The notes under the pieces were generated by a model. That model searched no databases and had not been told where the DNA came from. It was given only the letters and a program-made list of their open reading frames with translations. A stretch of 62,443 bases of DNA, filler included, from a bacterium (GTDB lineage: Bacteria; JADJOY01): NCBI GenBank assembly GCA_046331705.1. It is 4 parts of 4 records of this genome, joined end to end, with 100 filler letters (N's around TTAATTAATTAA, not from the genome) between each part and the next. Parts side by side here need not be neighbours in the genome. Positions count along the whole stretch, not along the records: positions 32,395 to 62,443 come from JAXLQJ010000073.1; 3 more parts are not named here. One strand, given 5' to 3'. The position numbers were made by a program, and so were the translations under genes. Below, piece by piece: positions 41,785 to 50,975 of this stretch; the first letter of the stretch is position 1; the number at the start of each line of letters is the position of its first letter.

Positions 41785-43071
41785 TCAGCCGGCCGGGAGC
41801 GGGAACGCGAGCTCCACGTCGCGGTCCTCGGGATCACCGGAGCCGTCGAAGGGGTCGCGTGCAGCAGCGTCGGCGGAGATCCGGGCGCTCTCGCCGAGCG
41901 CACCGTGCGCGCGCTGCTCGAAGACGTAGGTGGTGAGGGTGCCGGTGCCGTCGCCGTTGCTGGCGATCTCGAAGACGCGGCCGTGTTGCGGCTGATCGAT
42001 GAGCGACGATCCCTGGATCTCCCAGTAGCCGGTGCCCGCCGCGCTGCCGAGATGCGCGGTGACCGAATGGATGTGTGTGTGGCCGGAGACGTGGGCGATC
42101 ACCTCGGGGTGCTGAGCGAGCAACCGGCGCACGTCTCCGCCGTCGTGGACGCCGAAGGGACTGTCGAGGTCGGCGAGCCGGTGGTGGCTCACGAGCACGA
42201 CGAGCTTGGCGCGGCTCGCGTCGAGCTCGTCACGGAGCCATCCGAGCTGCTCGTCCCCGATCGAGCCGTTGGCGCCGCCGCCCTCCTCGGTGGTCTCGAG
42301 CACCACGAGGCGGATGGCGGGGTTGCCGTCGCGGGGCGGCGCGGCGTCGAACGCGTAGTACGCGCGACTGCTGCGTGGGTTGCTGCCGTCGTAGCGAGGG
42401 TTGAGCCCGAAACCATGACCGGCGGCGATGCGCTCGCTGGGGTCGTGGCCGTCGCCGAAGAAGAGCGACACGAAATCGTCCATCTCCATGTAGTCGCCGG
42501 ACACCACGCCGCTCGCGATGTCGGGCGGGATCACACCCAGCGCCAAGTCGTCGTGATTGCCGACGGTCTGAAGCCAAGGGACCCGTAGCTCGTCGAGACC
42601 GTCACGCGCCGCCGAGGCCTCGCTGGTGATCCCCGAATCCGCGCTGTCTCCGGTGCAGACCACGAACGCGGCCTCCGGGCTCATCGCGTTGATGGTCGCG
42701 ACGAACGCCGCGAGCACGTCCACGTCGCGCTCTTCCTGCTCGGGGGCGCGCTGGAAGCCGCCGAAGCCGATCGCATCCCCGAAGTCGTCCACCAGCGACT
42801 CGAGGTCTTTCGAGAAGATCCGGAAGCTCTCGTCGGTCATGTGGATGTCGGTGAGCTGGACGAAGCGCAGCAGCACGCCTGCGCGCCCGCCCGCGCCGGG
42901 ATTGGGGACGACCTCGAGATCGTTTCGGGCGATCAGCTCGGTGGGTCGCACGGGCGGATCGGCTGCGGGCTCGCTTCCGCCGCCACCTCCGCCGCCGCAC
43001 GCGCCGAGGAGCAGCGTGAGGAGGATCACGGAACGGTAGGACCTGGTCGCATTCGATGCGCGGCGAACCAT
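41785..43071 (-). CDS. Calcineurin-like metallophosphoesterase lipoprotein
   Basis: Lipobox LGAC; TDIH, TGDSAD, GNHD, SHH, GHTH; WEI..SSLIDQPQ. Confidence 0.85.
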   Translation of the reverse strand: MVRRASNATRSYRSVILLTLLLGACGGGGGGGSEPAADPPVRPTELIARNDLEVVPNPGAGGRAGVLLRFVQLTDIHMTDESFRIFSKDLESLVDDFGDAIGFGGFQRAPEQEERDVDVLAAFVATINAMSPEAAFVVCTGDSADSGITSEASAARDGLDELRVPWLQTVGNHDDLALGVIPPDIASGVVSGDYMEMDDFVSLFFGDGHDPSERIAAGHGFGLNPRYDGSNPRSSRAYYAFDAAPPRDGNPAIRLVVLETTEEGGGANGSIGDEQLGWLRDELDASRAKLVVLVSHHRLADLDSPFGVHDGGDVRRLLAQHPEVIAHVSGHTHIHSVTAHLGSAAGTGYWEIQGSSLIDQPQHGRVFEIASNGDGTGTLTTYVFEQRAHGALGESARISADAAARDPFDGSGDPEDRDVELAFPLPAG

Positions 43072-43445
43072 GACGCCCCCTTGCGGGGACTCGACTCGTT
43101 GCTCGCGAGTCGGCGCGAAGTGCGTTGCCCCGCCGATGGCCCTTCGAGGCTGCAAGGTCGCTGCCGCGCCGCGCGCGTCGCGTCGCGCGCGCACGCCCTG
43201 CTTCCGAGCCGCACGAGCGGGTCACGCGGTTCGCCGCTGGCGCTCCGAGTGTCGCAGCGGTAACGAGCCGGGATGATCCGGGCCCGCGGCTGGGATGGGG
43301 AAACCACGTACGCCCGCGTCGTCTCCGCCGCGACTGTCTGGTATTCGAGACGATGCGCGCTCGAGCGCCTCGCTGCACGTGATTCCGCGCGAATTCGCGG
43401 AAGAACCGCGAGGTCGCGCGGGCCGCGCCGAGTCGCGCCGCATGC

Positions 43446-43461
43446 CGGCACATCCCTTGCT
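43446..43461 (+). promoter_or_regulatory. Candidate sigma54 promoter
   Basis: CGGCAC-ATCCC-TTGCT is one base off TGGCAC-N5-TTGC; inverted repeat TTCCGCG-N6-CGCGGAA at 43383-43402 upstream. Confidence 0.6.
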
Positions 43462-43625
43462 CGATCCTCGGGCGGGTTCGTATCCGCGCCGGCGCCTCTC
43501 GCGGGACCGGTGAGTCCGTTCGTCGCCTCCCGTGGCTGAGCACCGGCGCGCCGCGATGCCGCCGTGATCCTGGGCTCTGGAGGAGCGCGAGCGCGTCCTC
43601 ACGCGCCGCTCCGGGAGGTGGCCAC

Positions 43626-44813
43626 ATGAACCGGTCCAGCAGGTACTCCCATCCCGTTCTGGTGTTCTTCGGCGTGCTGGCGACGCTGACCGCCTGGTGC
43701 TCGACGGCGCGCGCCCAGGTGCCGATCGGCTGCACGATTCCCGATCCCACCACCGCGCAGCTCCAAGCGTGCTTCGAGTACTACGACTTCCAGTCGTCGT
43801 GCGCGTCGGCGGCGGCCAACTTCATCACCGATCGCGGCACGGGTCTCGGTGAGTTCGCGGGCTGCGGCACGCGTGGCGACTGCTATCCGCTCGCCGTCGA
43901 CGCGGTCGGCGGCGTGTGTCTCGGCGGTGGTGCCGGCACCGGCGTCGCGGGCCTCGGAAGCACCGGCGACGTGGCGGTCGAGAACGTCGCCTCGGTGTTC
44001 TCGGAGCACGTGCTCGTGCCCGTGCTGCCCGACTCGTTGTCGGTGTCGAAGGGCAGCGGCGCGGAGTCCGTGGCCGGGGCCGGTGAAGGCGCCGGCGAGC
44101 CGGGCACGCCCGGCGGCGCCGTGAGCGGCGAGCGCTCGGTGCTCACGTTCAGCGCCGTGGATGCCAACGTGACCGTGGACTTCTGGGAAGCGAAGCCGAT
44201 CGACGGCAGCACCTACCAGATCGCGCTCGGTTACGCGAGCACCACCCTCGGTGGGGGCACGTTCTTCGTCGACGGCGCGTACTCGCGTCTCGACGGCGAC
44301 GAGCTGAGCTGCAACAACACCGCGCGCGCCAAGCTCGGCTACCGGTGGGACCTCGGCGACGTCTTCCTGCTGGGGCTCTACGGCAACGTCGACTGGGTGG
44401 ACACGAAGCCCGACGACGTCTTCTTCTATGGCGGTGGCTTGCTCACCGGGTTCCACTTCGATCTCGGTCCGGTGAAGCTCTCGCTCGGAGCCGTGGGCCA
44501 GGGGGTGTTGAGCAGCCTCGATCGCTCCGACGACAAGACCGACTACACGGTCTCGGTCGCGTACGGTGGTGGTGTCGGCATTCCGCTCTTCCACTACTTC
44601 TCGTTCAACGCGCAGGCCTACCGCACGACCGCCTTCAAGCCAGGCGCGGACAGCGACTTCGAGGACGTCGGGTCGTTCACCACGCTCTTGGTCTCCGGCG
44701 ACTTCGCCGTCAGCCCGAGCTTCGTGCTGAACCTCGGCTACCGGACCCGCTTCGAGATCGACAACTACGACACCAACGCCGTGATTCTCGGCATGCGAGC
44801 CTTCTTCTTGTGA
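43626..44813 (+). CDS. Outer-membrane beta-barrel protein with small Cys-rich N-terminal domain
   Basis: Signal peptide ending ARA; six Cys near the N-terminus; amphipathic aromatic beta-strands; GGAGG ribosome-binding site. Confidence 0.65.
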   Translation: MNRSSRYSHPVLVFFGVLATLTAWCSTARAQVPIGCTIPDPTTAQLQACFEYYDFQSSCASAAANFITDRGTGLGEFAGCGTRGDCYPLAVDAVGGVCLGGGAGTGVAGLGSTGDVAVENVASVFSEHVLVPVLPDSLSVSKGSGAESVAGAGEGAGEPGTPGGAVSGERSVLTFSAVDANVTVDFWEAKPIDGSTYQIALGYASTTLGGGTFFVDGAYSRLDGDELSCNNTARAKLGYRWDLGDVFLLGLYGNVDWVDTKPDDVFFYGGGLLTGFHFDLGPVKLSLGAVGQGVLSSLDRSDDKTDYTVSVAYGGGVGIPLFHYFSFNAQAYRTTAFKPGADSDFEDVGSFTTLLVSGDFAVSPSFVLNLGYRTRFEIDNYDTNAVILGMRAFFL

Positions 44814-44858
44814 GGCGTCGGCATGCGGCTCGGCGCGCGGCGATCCGTTCGGTGCGGG

Positions 44859-45596
44859 CTACGGCGACGGCTCGAGGCCCGAGCGCTCGATGCGCTTGAG
44901 CAGCTGCGGGACCGCCTGGTCGAGCGCGGATTGGGTGGCTTGGCCGATGGCGCTCTCGGCGAAATCGGCCTTGCTGTGACTGAAGAGCGTGCGAACGTCC
45001 TCGTCGGAGAGCGCTTCGCCGACGGCGGAGGCCGGGATGAACTCGCCGGTCGCCACCGACGCGAAGCGCAGCTGAAGACCGAGGCGTGTCGTGCCGTGCG
45101 ATTCGCCGCGCAGCCCCGTCACGTGCTCCTCGCGCCCCGTCGAGAACTCGAAGATCTCGCCGTACACGAGGAAATCGGGCACCTCGAGCCCTTCGAAGTG
45201 CTTCGGCCGGTAGAGATCGTCGCGATTGATCGCCTTGTCCCACTGGTCGACGATCCGCTCCACCACCGCCTCGCGTTCTTCCAGGAACCGGAACCACCCG
45301 GAGTCGTAGAGCGCCTCCACGATCCGGTTCGAGAGCCCGAAGCCGAGCCGCTTGTCACGCAGATCCGGCCAATCGCGAACCACCTCGGGCGCCAGCCCGA
45401 GCCGCACCACTTGCACTTTGAAGGGCACCGGCGGCCGCGCCGCCGGCGCAGCGCCCGCGAGATGGCCCGCGACGTGGTGCTCGGCGATCGTCGAGGTGCT
45501 GGCGCAGCTCGCGGCGAGCAACGCGGCGCACGCGCGAACGATCGCGCGCGCCGGGTGTCTGCCGTGCGGAAGGGGACGTCCAAGACGTGCGTTCAT
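44859..45596 (-). CDS. CsgG/HfaB-like lipoprotein
   Basis: Lipobox AASC; LGFGLSNRIVEAL..SG.FRFLE, FLVYGEI.EFS, LRF....TGE, SAIGQA...ALDQAV. Confidence 0.7.
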   Translation of the reverse strand: MNARLGRPLPHGRHPARAIVRACAALLAASCASTSTIAEHHVAGHLAGAAPAARPPVPFKVQVVRLGLAPEVVRDWPDLRDKRLGFGLSNRIVEALYDSGWFRFLEEREAVVERIVDQWDKAINRDDLYRPKHFEGLEVPDFLVYGEIFEFSTGREEHVTGLRGESHGTTRLGLQLRFASVATGEFIPASAVGEALSDEDVRTLFSHSKADFAESAIGQATQSALDQAVPQLLKRIERSGLEPSP

Positions 45597-45602
45597 GGTC
45601 CC

Positions 45603-46244
45603 TCAGCGTGGGCGCATCAGCGCCTTGATGGCGCCGTCCACGGCGCCCGCGACCGCGTTGCCCACGGTGGTTCGATCGAAGACCGCCCGGTCGCCGCGGA
45701 ACTCGAACGCCGCCGCCGTGGCGCTGGCGGTGGCGTCGCCGCGGCCCTGCTCACACCAGGTCGTCTGCATGGCGGGATCGCGAATGCAGACCTGCACCGT
45801 CACCTCCAGGCGATTGGTCTGCGTCGAGAACGGGCCGAGGGTCATGGAGGTGCGCGGAGACTCGAACGCGACGATCTCGCCGAACGCCACCAGGTCCGAG
45901 CCCGCCTCGCGCGCCATGCGGTCCAGCTCGCCCTCATCGGGCAGCGTCGCGCGCTGCCAGGTGTCGATCGCCACCCGGTCGAGCTGCTTGCGCACCTCGG
46001 GCTCGATCTCCGTGAGGCGGAAGCGCCCGGCATCGTAGAGCTCTTCCGCGACCAGATCCTTGAGGCCGAATCCCACGCGCAGATCCGCGAGGCGCGGGTC
46101 GGAGACCGTGGACCGCACCCCGATCACCGCGATCGAGAGCCGGCTCGGACTCGTGAGGTAGCGCGGCTGGATCGACGTGCAGCCGGCCCAGGTCACCAGC
46201 AGCCCGAAGGCGATCGCCGCTGAGGGTCGTGGAGCTCGAATCAT
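45603..46244 (-). CDS. CsgG-like lipoprotein (paralogue of the adjacent gene)
   Basis: Lipobox WAGC; VGFGLKDLVAEELYDAGRFRL, VAFGEIVAF, TTVGNAVAGAVDGAI. Confidence 0.65.
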   Translation of the reverse strand: MIRAPRPSAAIAFGLLVTWAGCTSIQPRYLTSPSRLSIAVIGVRSTVSDPRLADLRVGFGLKDLVAEELYDAGRFRLTEIEPEVRKQLDRVAIDTWQRATLPDEGELDRMAREAGSDLVAFGEIVAFESPRTSMTLGPFSTQTNRLEVTVQVCIRDPAMQTTWCEQGRGDATASATAAAFEFRGDRAVFDRTTVGNAVAGAVDGAIKALMRPR

Positions 46245-46377
46245 GAGGCTCGGAGATCTCACGCAAGTCAGGTGCCAGAACGCGAGCGCCCACCCGCGCG
46301 CCGGGGATCGCCGCCACCACCACCCTGCACAGTCGCTGCGGCGGACGAGCGCCCTGCGCGCCTGCGGGTGCGGTCTG

Positions 46378-47610
46378 ATGCTCGCGACGGCGTTCTCCCT
46401 CGGGTGTGCAGCAGCGCCGGCACCGCTCACGGCGACCGAGACGCAGCGGATCGACGAGCGGGCCGCCTTGCCGCTCGCTTCGCCAGCGACGGGGGACGAG
46501 CAACAGGTCACCGTCGAGGGTCGCGCGCCGCTCGGCTCCGGCTCGACCGCATCGGCCCGCGACGCGGCCCTCGGCGACGGGATGCGCCACGCCGTCGAGC
46601 AGGTCGTGGGGACGCTCGTCGATTCCCGCACCCTGGTCGAGAATTTCGTCACGGTGCGCGACCGGATCTATTCCGCCTCCGACGGCTACGTGAGCCGCTA
46701 CGACGTGCTCGCGGAAGGCGTCGAAGCGGACGGCCAGACGTACCACGTCCGGATCCTGGCCACCGTGCGTCGCGGCCGCGTGAAGGACGATCTGGCGAGC
46801 TATCGGATCTTGCAGGTCAAGACCGGCAGGAAGCGGGTGATGGTCGTCGGCGAGGCCGACCCGGCCGCCGAGATCGCCGCGCAGGAGGCGGCGTCCTACG
46901 TCGCCGCGGCCGTCGCGGGCGCCAACGCCGCGCTGGCGGAGCGGGAGTTCCGGGTCTTCGACGCGGAAGCGACGGCCAAGGTGGCCGCGCGCATCGGTCT
47001 CGCCGCCGGCACGCAAGGCGAGAGTGAGCTGGTGCGCTCCGCGCTCGCGCAAGGCGCCGAGCTCTGCGTGCTGCTGGCGGTGGCGCCCGGCAAACGCGCC
47101 GCCGCGGGACCGGGTCGATTCAGCATGGGTTACGCAACGGTGCGGGCGAAGGCCTTCGATGCCACCACCGGGCGGCTCCTGGGCGTCGGCTCGGGGGATG
47201 CGAGCGAGCGTGCGCGTACCGAGCCGGGACCGCAGGACTGGCTCCGCGCCGTCGGCGCGGCGGCGGACGGCGCGGCGCGCCTCGCCGTCGCGCGGGTCGC
47301 GCCATCGATGATACAAGCGGCCGCAGCGGTGGATCGCGATCTCGGCACGCCGTACCAGGTGGTGCTGCTCGGCTACCGCGAAGCGGACGTCGATCGCGTG
47401 ATCGAGTTTCTCGAATCGGCCGCCGATTCCAAGGGGTTTCGCGAGCTCGCGCGCCAGCCCGGGCACGTCGAGCTCGAGGTCTTCTGGAGCGATGTCGACA
47501 CCACCGGCCTCAACCGGACGCTGCGCACGGAGATGAAGGCGCGCGGAGTCGAGCTGGTCACGAAGGATCAGGCGGGAAGCCGGATCGTGTTCGAGCAGCC
47601 AGGTCGATGA
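46378..47610 (+). CDS. FlgT-N-like / LPP20-like lipoprotein
   Basis: Lipobox SLGC; ARDAAL.D..RHAVEQVVGTLVDSRTLVENF....DRIY..SDGYV..Y.VL; start codon uncertain. Confidence 0.65.
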   Translation: MLATAFSLGCAAAPAPLTATETQRIDERAALPLASPATGDEQQVTVEGRAPLGSGSTASARDAALGDGMRHAVEQVVGTLVDSRTLVENFVTVRDRIYSASDGYVSRYDVLAEGVEADGQTYHVRILATVRRGRVKDDLASYRILQVKTGRKRVMVVGEADPAAEIAAQEAASYVAAAVAGANAALAEREFRVFDAEATAKVAARIGLAAGTQGESELVRSALAQGAELCVLLAVAPGKRAAAGPGRFSMGYATVRAKAFDATTGRLLGVGSGDASERARTEPGPQDWLRAVGAAADGAARLAVARVAPSMIQAAAAVDRDLGTPYQVVLLGYREADVDRVIEFLESAADSKGFRELARQPGHVELEVFWSDVDTTGLNRTLRTEMKARGVELVTKDQAGSRIVFEQPGR

Positions 47611-50600
47611 GCCGCGCCGCGCGAGCGCTCGCCGTGTGCTTGGTCTGGGCGAGCTGTGTGCCGCTCGCGCGCGCGTCGTCGTCGCTCTGGATCGAGGCCG
47701 AACCGATCGAGGCCGACGGCATCGACCGGTTCGCGCGCCTCGACGACGGCGTCTATCGCGGCGCCTCGCCGAGCGACGCGGGGCTCGAGCTGCTCGCGCG
47801 CGCCCACGTCCGAACGCTCCTCTGTCTGCGCAGCGAGGTGCCGTATCGCGAGAAGGCCGAGGCGCTCGGCTTTCGCATCGTCCACATCCCGATTCCGCTC
47901 ACCGACGCGCCCAGCGCCGACCAGATCGTGCGGTTCCTGGAGATCGCCACCGATCCCGCGTCCCGTCCGGTCTTCTTCCACTGCCGCGTGGGCGAGGATC
48001 GCACCGGCGCGATGGCGGCGCTCTACCGGATGCAGGTCCAGGGGTGGCCGGCGGAGTCCGCCCGCGCGGAGATGAAGCGGTTCGGGTTCTCGGCGTATTG
48101 GCGCGACCTCGGGCAATTCGTGCGGCGCTTCGGTGGTGCCCCGGGAGAGGGGCCGCCGTCGACCGAAGGCGAGTCGCGAGCGGTCGAGCACCTGCGCGCC
48201 GCCGATTCGGCAGCCGCGGCGGGCAACCCGACGGAGGCGCTCGAAGCGCTGCGCCGAGCTCTCGTTCGGGCGAGTGATCGCCGCGAGCGGGTGGCGATCG
48301 CGCGGCGCTTCGTCGCCGTGCTCGCCGAAGCGAGCGAGCGGCACGCGCTGCCCGCAGGCGGGATCGAGCTCGCGGTGCGCGAGTGGGCCGTGCTGCGCGG
48401 TCAGGACGCCGAGGACGGGGAATCGCTTCAGCGCCTCGCCGCGATCTTTCGCGAGGGGCTCGATCTGGCGCGCGCCGCCGCTGCGCTCACCCGCGCCCGC
48501 GAGCTGGGCGGCGAGGCGGTGGATACCGAAGCGGTCGGTGACCAGCTGGCGCGGGTTCGCGCCGTGCGCGGCGTCGCGCCGCGCAGCGACATCGGCAAGC
48601 GCATCGGCTTTCTGGATCGGATCACGCGCGGCGAGCTCGCGGCCCTCCTGGTCCAGGAGCTTCGCGTCGATCGGCTGCGCCCCGAGCAAGTGGCACCCAC
48701 CTACGAAGCACCGCGCCCCGCGCTGCCGCCTGAGACGCCCGCGGCGTTGCCGGACGACGCTCGGTCGAGCCCGTACGCCGACGACATCGGCCGCGCGCTG
48801 GCGCTGGGCGTGCGCGGGCTCGAGCTGCTTCCGGACCGCGCGTTTCATCCCGACGAGCCCGTGAGCCGCGCCGAGCTCGCGGGGGTGATCGCCGACGTGC
48901 TGAGCCGCGCCGGCCGCGATCCGACGTTGCTGCTGCGTGGGCTCGGCGAGCCGCCACGCTTCGTCGACGTCGATCCGAACGCGTGGTACCGGCCGGCGGC
49001 GGAGCTCGTGGCGTCGCTCGGGATCCTCGCGAGCGGGGACGAGGCTGGCGGCCCAGCGCCGAGGTTTCGCCCGCGCGACGCGATCACCGGCGTCGAGGCG
49101 CTCGCGGGCTTCAAGACGCTGCGCGATCGCCTCGATCTGAGAGCGCGAGCCGTGGTGGTGGTGATCGACTCGCTGCGCGCGGCTTCGCTCTACGGCGCGC
49201 TCGATCGAGGCCGCCTGCCGCGGCTCGCACGCCTCGCGGAGGAACGCGGGTTCGTGCGCTTCGAGCACTGCCTCGCCGCGCTGCCCTCGGACACGATCCC
49301 CAATCACACCACCATCTTCACCGGCGCCTTGCCGGGGCATCATGCGATCACCGGCAACGAGTGGTTCGATCGCGCGCTCGACGCCGGCGAGCCGCTCGCG
49401 CGTCGCACTCGCGAGTACCTCAAGTTCGGTCCCGCCGACGATCCAGGCTTGGGGCGCGCCTGGAGCTTTCCGGGCTTCCCGCTCCACGAGCTGGACCTCG
49501 TCGCGGGAGTGCCCACGATCTACCAGGCGCTCGCCGCCGCCGAGGCCGAGCGAGGCCGCAAGGTGGAGACGGCGGTGGCGTTCGATCCGGTGCGCCGCGG
49601 CACCAGCGAGGTCGCGAGCCCGGGTTTCCTGGAAGCGCTCTTCGGTGGGCGCGTGCTGCCGTTCGTCGAGGACGATTCGAAGATCGACGCCGAAGCGGTC
49701 GCACAGGCGGTGTCGTGGATCGAGAGCGACCAGCCGCCGGAGCTGCTCGGCGTGTGGCTACCGGGTCTGGACTCGTGGTCCCACCAGCACGGTCCCGGGG
49801 AGCCGGGCGGCGAGCGCGACGGGCAATCGGACTACCTCGCACGGCACGTGGACGCGCTGCTCGGCGAGCTGGCCGACGCGCTCGAGCGGCGCGGGCTTCT
49901 GGCCGAGACGCTGCTCGTGGTGAGCGCCGACCACGGCCACCACGACGTGGTGGCCGACGAGCGGCACGCGATCACGACCCAGGAGGTGTATCGCGCCCTG
50001 GCGCACGCCGGTTTCCGGGTGCCGCTCGATTCCCACGGCGAGCTCGACGAGAGCGAGCGCGACGTGGAGCTGGTGGTCGCGGGTGGAGACAACGGTGGCG
50101 CGGCGCTGGTGTCGGTCCAGAGCGAAGGGCGTGGTTGGAGTGGCGTGCCGACGCTCGACGAGATCGGTCCCGTCGCCCGGGTGCTGGCGAACCAACCCTA
50201 CGTGGCGCGGGTCTTCGCGTTGCAGCCGGCGACCGCCGCGATCGAAGCGCGGGCGTTCGAGCTTCGAGAGGCGCCGGCGGGTCCACCGTCGGCAGCGCGC
50301 GTCGGATGGTCCGCGCTGGAGCCGGGTCGGCCCGATCGGCTCGCCGAGCGCCTCGCGGGCCTGGCCGGATCGACGCGCTCGGGGGATCTCTTCGTGGAGG
50401 CGCGCAAGCCGTATTACTTCGCGGTGCCCGGGCACCTCTATCGCGGTGAGCACGGCGGCGCCGACGGCGAGCAAGACCACGTGCCGCTCTTGCTGGTCAA
50501 TCCGCCGGGTCATCCGCGCCAGCGCGTCGCTACACCGGTGGGCAACGAGGACATCGCGCCCACGATCGGCGGCGTGCTCGGCTTCGCGGCGGCGCTCGCC

Positions 50601-50891
50601 GCCGACGGGCGCGATCTCCTCGATCCGCCGCGCATCCACGTGTCCTCGCACGTCGAGGGTCAAGTGGTGCCAGCGGGCAGCGTGACGTTGCTCGGCTTCG
50701 CCGAGGACACGCTCGGCGTCGAGCAGGTCGAGATGCGCGTCGACGAGCAAGGCCCGTACGTCCCCGTCGACGGCACGGCCACCTGGGAAGCCGAGCGCGT
50801 GCTCGCACCCGGCCGGCACACGATCGACGTGCGTGCGCGCGATCTCACCCAGCTCGAGACCACCGTGCGCTTCCACCTGGTGGCGCGCTGA
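47607..50891 (+). CDS. Secreted multidomain phosphatase: CX5R (DSP/PTP) + TPR-like + SLH-like repeats + NPP/alkaline phosphatase + Ig-like domain
   Basis: HCRVGEDRTG; ITRGELA, FHPDEPVSRAELA, FVDV...AWY...FRPRDAIT; IDSLR, PSDTIPNH...TG, DSWSH, ADHG, GEHGG; ATGA overlap with the upstream gene. Confidence 0.8.
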   Translation: MSRAARALAVCLVWASCVPLARASSSLWIEAEPIEADGIDRFARLDDGVYRGASPSDAGLELLARAHVRTLLCLRSEVPYREKAEALGFRIVHIPIPLTDAPSADQIVRFLEIATDPASRPVFFHCRVGEDRTGAMAALYRMQVQGWPAESARAEMKRFGFSAYWRDLGQFVRRFGGAPGEGPPSTEGESRAVEHLRAADSAAAAGNPTEALEALRRALVRASDRRERVAIARRFVAVLAEASERHALPAGGIELAVREWAVLRGQDAEDGESLQRLAAIFREGLDLARAAAALTRARELGGEAVDTEAVGDQLARVRAVRGVAPRSDIGKRIGFLDRITRGELAALLVQELRVDRLRPEQVAPTYEAPRPALPPETPAALPDDARSSPYADDIGRALALGVRGLELLPDRAFHPDEPVSRAELAGVIADVLSRAGRDPTLLLRGLGEPPRFVDVDPNAWYRPAAELVASLGILASGDEAGGPAPRFRPRDAITGVEALAGFKTLRDRLDLRARAVVVVIDSLRAASLYGALDRGRLPRLARLAEERGFVRFEHCLAALPSDTIPNHTTIFTGALPGHHAITGNEWFDRALDAGEPLARRTREYLKFGPADDPGLGRAWSFPGFPLHELDLVAGVPTIYQALAAAEAERGRKVETAVAFDPVRRGTSEVASPGFLEALFGGRVLPFVEDDSKIDAEAVAQAVSWIESDQPPELLGVWLPGLDSWSHQHGPGEPGGERDGQSDYLARHVDALLGELADALERRGLLAETLLVVSADHGHHDVVADERHAITTQEVYRALAHAGFRVPLDSHGELDESERDVELVVAGGDNGGAALVSVQSEGRGWSGVPTLDEIGPVARVLANQPYVARVFALQPATAAIEARAFELREAPAGPPSAARVGWSALEPGRPDRLAERLAGLAGSTRSGDLFVEARKPYYFAVPGHLYRGEHGGADGEQDHVPLLLVNPPGHPRQRVATPVGNEDIAPTIGGVLGFAAALAADGRDLLDPPRIHVSSHVEGQVVPAGSVTLLGFAEDTLGVEQVEMRVDEQGPYVPVDGTATWEAERVLAPGRHTIDVRARDLTQLETTVRFHLVAR

Positions 50892-50975
50892 GCGCGGGTG
50901 CGTCCCGGTGGAGCGGATGCGCCACGGCGCCGCAGCGCCGCGGCACCCGTGCGTCTCGCGTCGGCGCGAGCCGCG

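Noticed and set aside
46241-46246. Overlapping ATGs on both strands (TCATGA) for the divergent CsgG-like and FlgT-like genes
   Set aside because: The plus-strand protein only looks real from the lipoprotein signal near 46378; the earlier ATG is probably coincidental.
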